Below, one piece after another: positions 35,606 through 36,707 of a DNA stretch of 36,707 bases. The translations under genes were made by a program, and so were the position numbers. Source of the DNA: Octopus bimaculoides (lineage: Eukaryota); NCBI RefSeq assembly GCF_001194135.2, contig NC_068987.1, positions 73,978,021 to 74,014,727 of the forward strand, read 5' to 3'. Under the pieces are notes generated by a model. The model did no database searches. It was given only the letters and a program-made list of their open reading frames with translations, and was not told where the DNA came from. How positions within the stretch are numbered: position 1 is the first letter of the stretch; each line of letters starts with the position of its first letter.

Positions 35606-36111
35606 GTTTTTTTAAGTATCCCACATTTCAAAACGGGGAGGACATGTATTTTTAAAAATTTTAATCCATATTTTTCAAATGACTTGCATCCTCCACTACC
35701 CCTTCGGCGTACCTTCAGAATAGCAGCCACCATTAAATTATCTTTTCTTGCGTTTTCCTTATTCGTCGCCATTTTATTGCATTCTACATTCTAAAACACT
35801 TGTAATTCGCATTTAACGAAAAAATTCTTAACCCTCCAATCTCCTTCATCGTACTTTTCACGATTAAAGTATTTTTTTTTAATTTTAGGATGGACGTTCT
35901 TTTCGTTATTTCTTGTCTATAATCGTTGCTTCTGCTTTAGACACGAACCCTTACTGTGCAGTCTTCAAAATTACTTGTTACATTATTTGAAATATGTTTC
36001 TATTAATTGTTCATTAATATGTTAACCTATTTCTTTTTGTTATTCGTTTGTGGAATTTGTTTTTGTGTCGTCTTTTTCACTTCGTTTAGTATTGCAATAT
36101 CTCGTACCGTG

Positions 36112-36174
36112 TAGGCGGCGAGCTGGCAGAATCGTTAGCACGCCAGGCGAAATGCTTAGCGGTATTTCGTCTGT
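36112..36174 (+). mobile_element. 5' head of SINE family 1, interrupted
   Basis: TAGGCGGCGAGCTGGCAGAATCGTTAGCACGCCAGGCGAAATGCTTAGCGGTATTTCGTCTGT matches the other copies, then similarity stops before the B box. Confidence 0.88.
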
Positions 36175-36707
36175 GTGACACCGGTTGAGGTGCTTAACGG
36201 TGTAGCGACTTTATGAGATTGGATTGTTACTAGTTATTTGAGTGCGTCTGTACAGTAAGTGCAAGTTTCAATTAACTGTTTTTGTGTGTTCTTGTCATAA
36301 CTATTGTGTGATAGTCTTCGTTTGAAAACTATCGTGTGTTTCCTCTATGGGGGAAACAGTAATTGCTGGCAAGATGCCGAATAATGTATCTTCGTCTGGC
36401 GAAGAGGAGTCAACCGGAGGAAAAAAATATAGAAAATTTATTGTTGGGAGAAGTTTCGGATTCTGCTGAAGGGGAGTTTCCAGAGCTATCAAATTGTACC
36501 GTTACAAGGAGGAACATAAATGTGAAAAACATACAAACAGAAGAAAAGCAAAAAAGAAGTTTTGCGTCGGCGGTTGGAGGTGAAACCCGCCAGCTGTCGA
36601 CAAACAAAAGCGACATATTAAAATACAAAGACATGCTAAAAATTGAAAACGGTGTTGTCAAAGTTCAACCACCGGAAGAATTATTATTAACAGAAAAAAA
36701 ACAATTA
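36175..36707 (+). mobile_element. 5' UTR and start of ORF1 of a probable L1/Tx1-like LINE
   Basis: ATG at 36347 gives MGETVIAGKMPNNVSSSGEEESTGG. After a one-base slip in the A7 run (36421-27), a frame stays open to the window end: NIENLLLGEVSDSAEGEFPELS..EEKQKRSFASAVGGE..LKIENGVVKVQPPEELL. An S(F/Y)AxAV motif after an acidic low-complexity start is common in L1/Tx1 ORF1 proteins. No diagnostic domain is in the window. Confidence 0.45.

Noticed and set aside
35419-35794. ORFs of 117 aa (minus) and 77 aa (plus)
   Set aside because: They run through a SINE tail and unrelated flank; no recognisable motif.

Overview
AT-rich, microsatellite-dense, gapped animal genomic DNA (nine N-runs). The protein and repeat content point to a cephalopod mollusc, probably Octopus (inference). 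The only host gene I can support is the 3' half of a molluscan troponin C on the + strand: an exon at 1028-1270 covering EF-hands III and IV, a 12-kb phase-1 intron, and a terminal exon at 13262-13290 (EFKTLMTSE*). The rest is repeats and decayed mobile DNA: about a dozen tRNA-derived SINEs, a second SINE family, a probable solo LTR, a mariner fragment, two diverged Penelope-like retroelements, a CR1/L2-type LINE fragment interrupted by a Helitron-like element, and the 5' end of an L1/Tx1-like LINE. The most notable observations are three. (1) A type I hammerhead-ribozyme fold sits in a 118-bp inverted repeat upstream of the Penelope ORF, with the core intact in one arm and mutated in the other. 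(2) The last troponin C intron splits the codon for the Glu12 ligand of Ca2+ site IV, and a candidate alternative terminal exon would change it to Ala. (3) Several long fold-back hairpins lie in and near the gene. Almost all ORFs in the supplied track are microsatellite or N-run artefacts.
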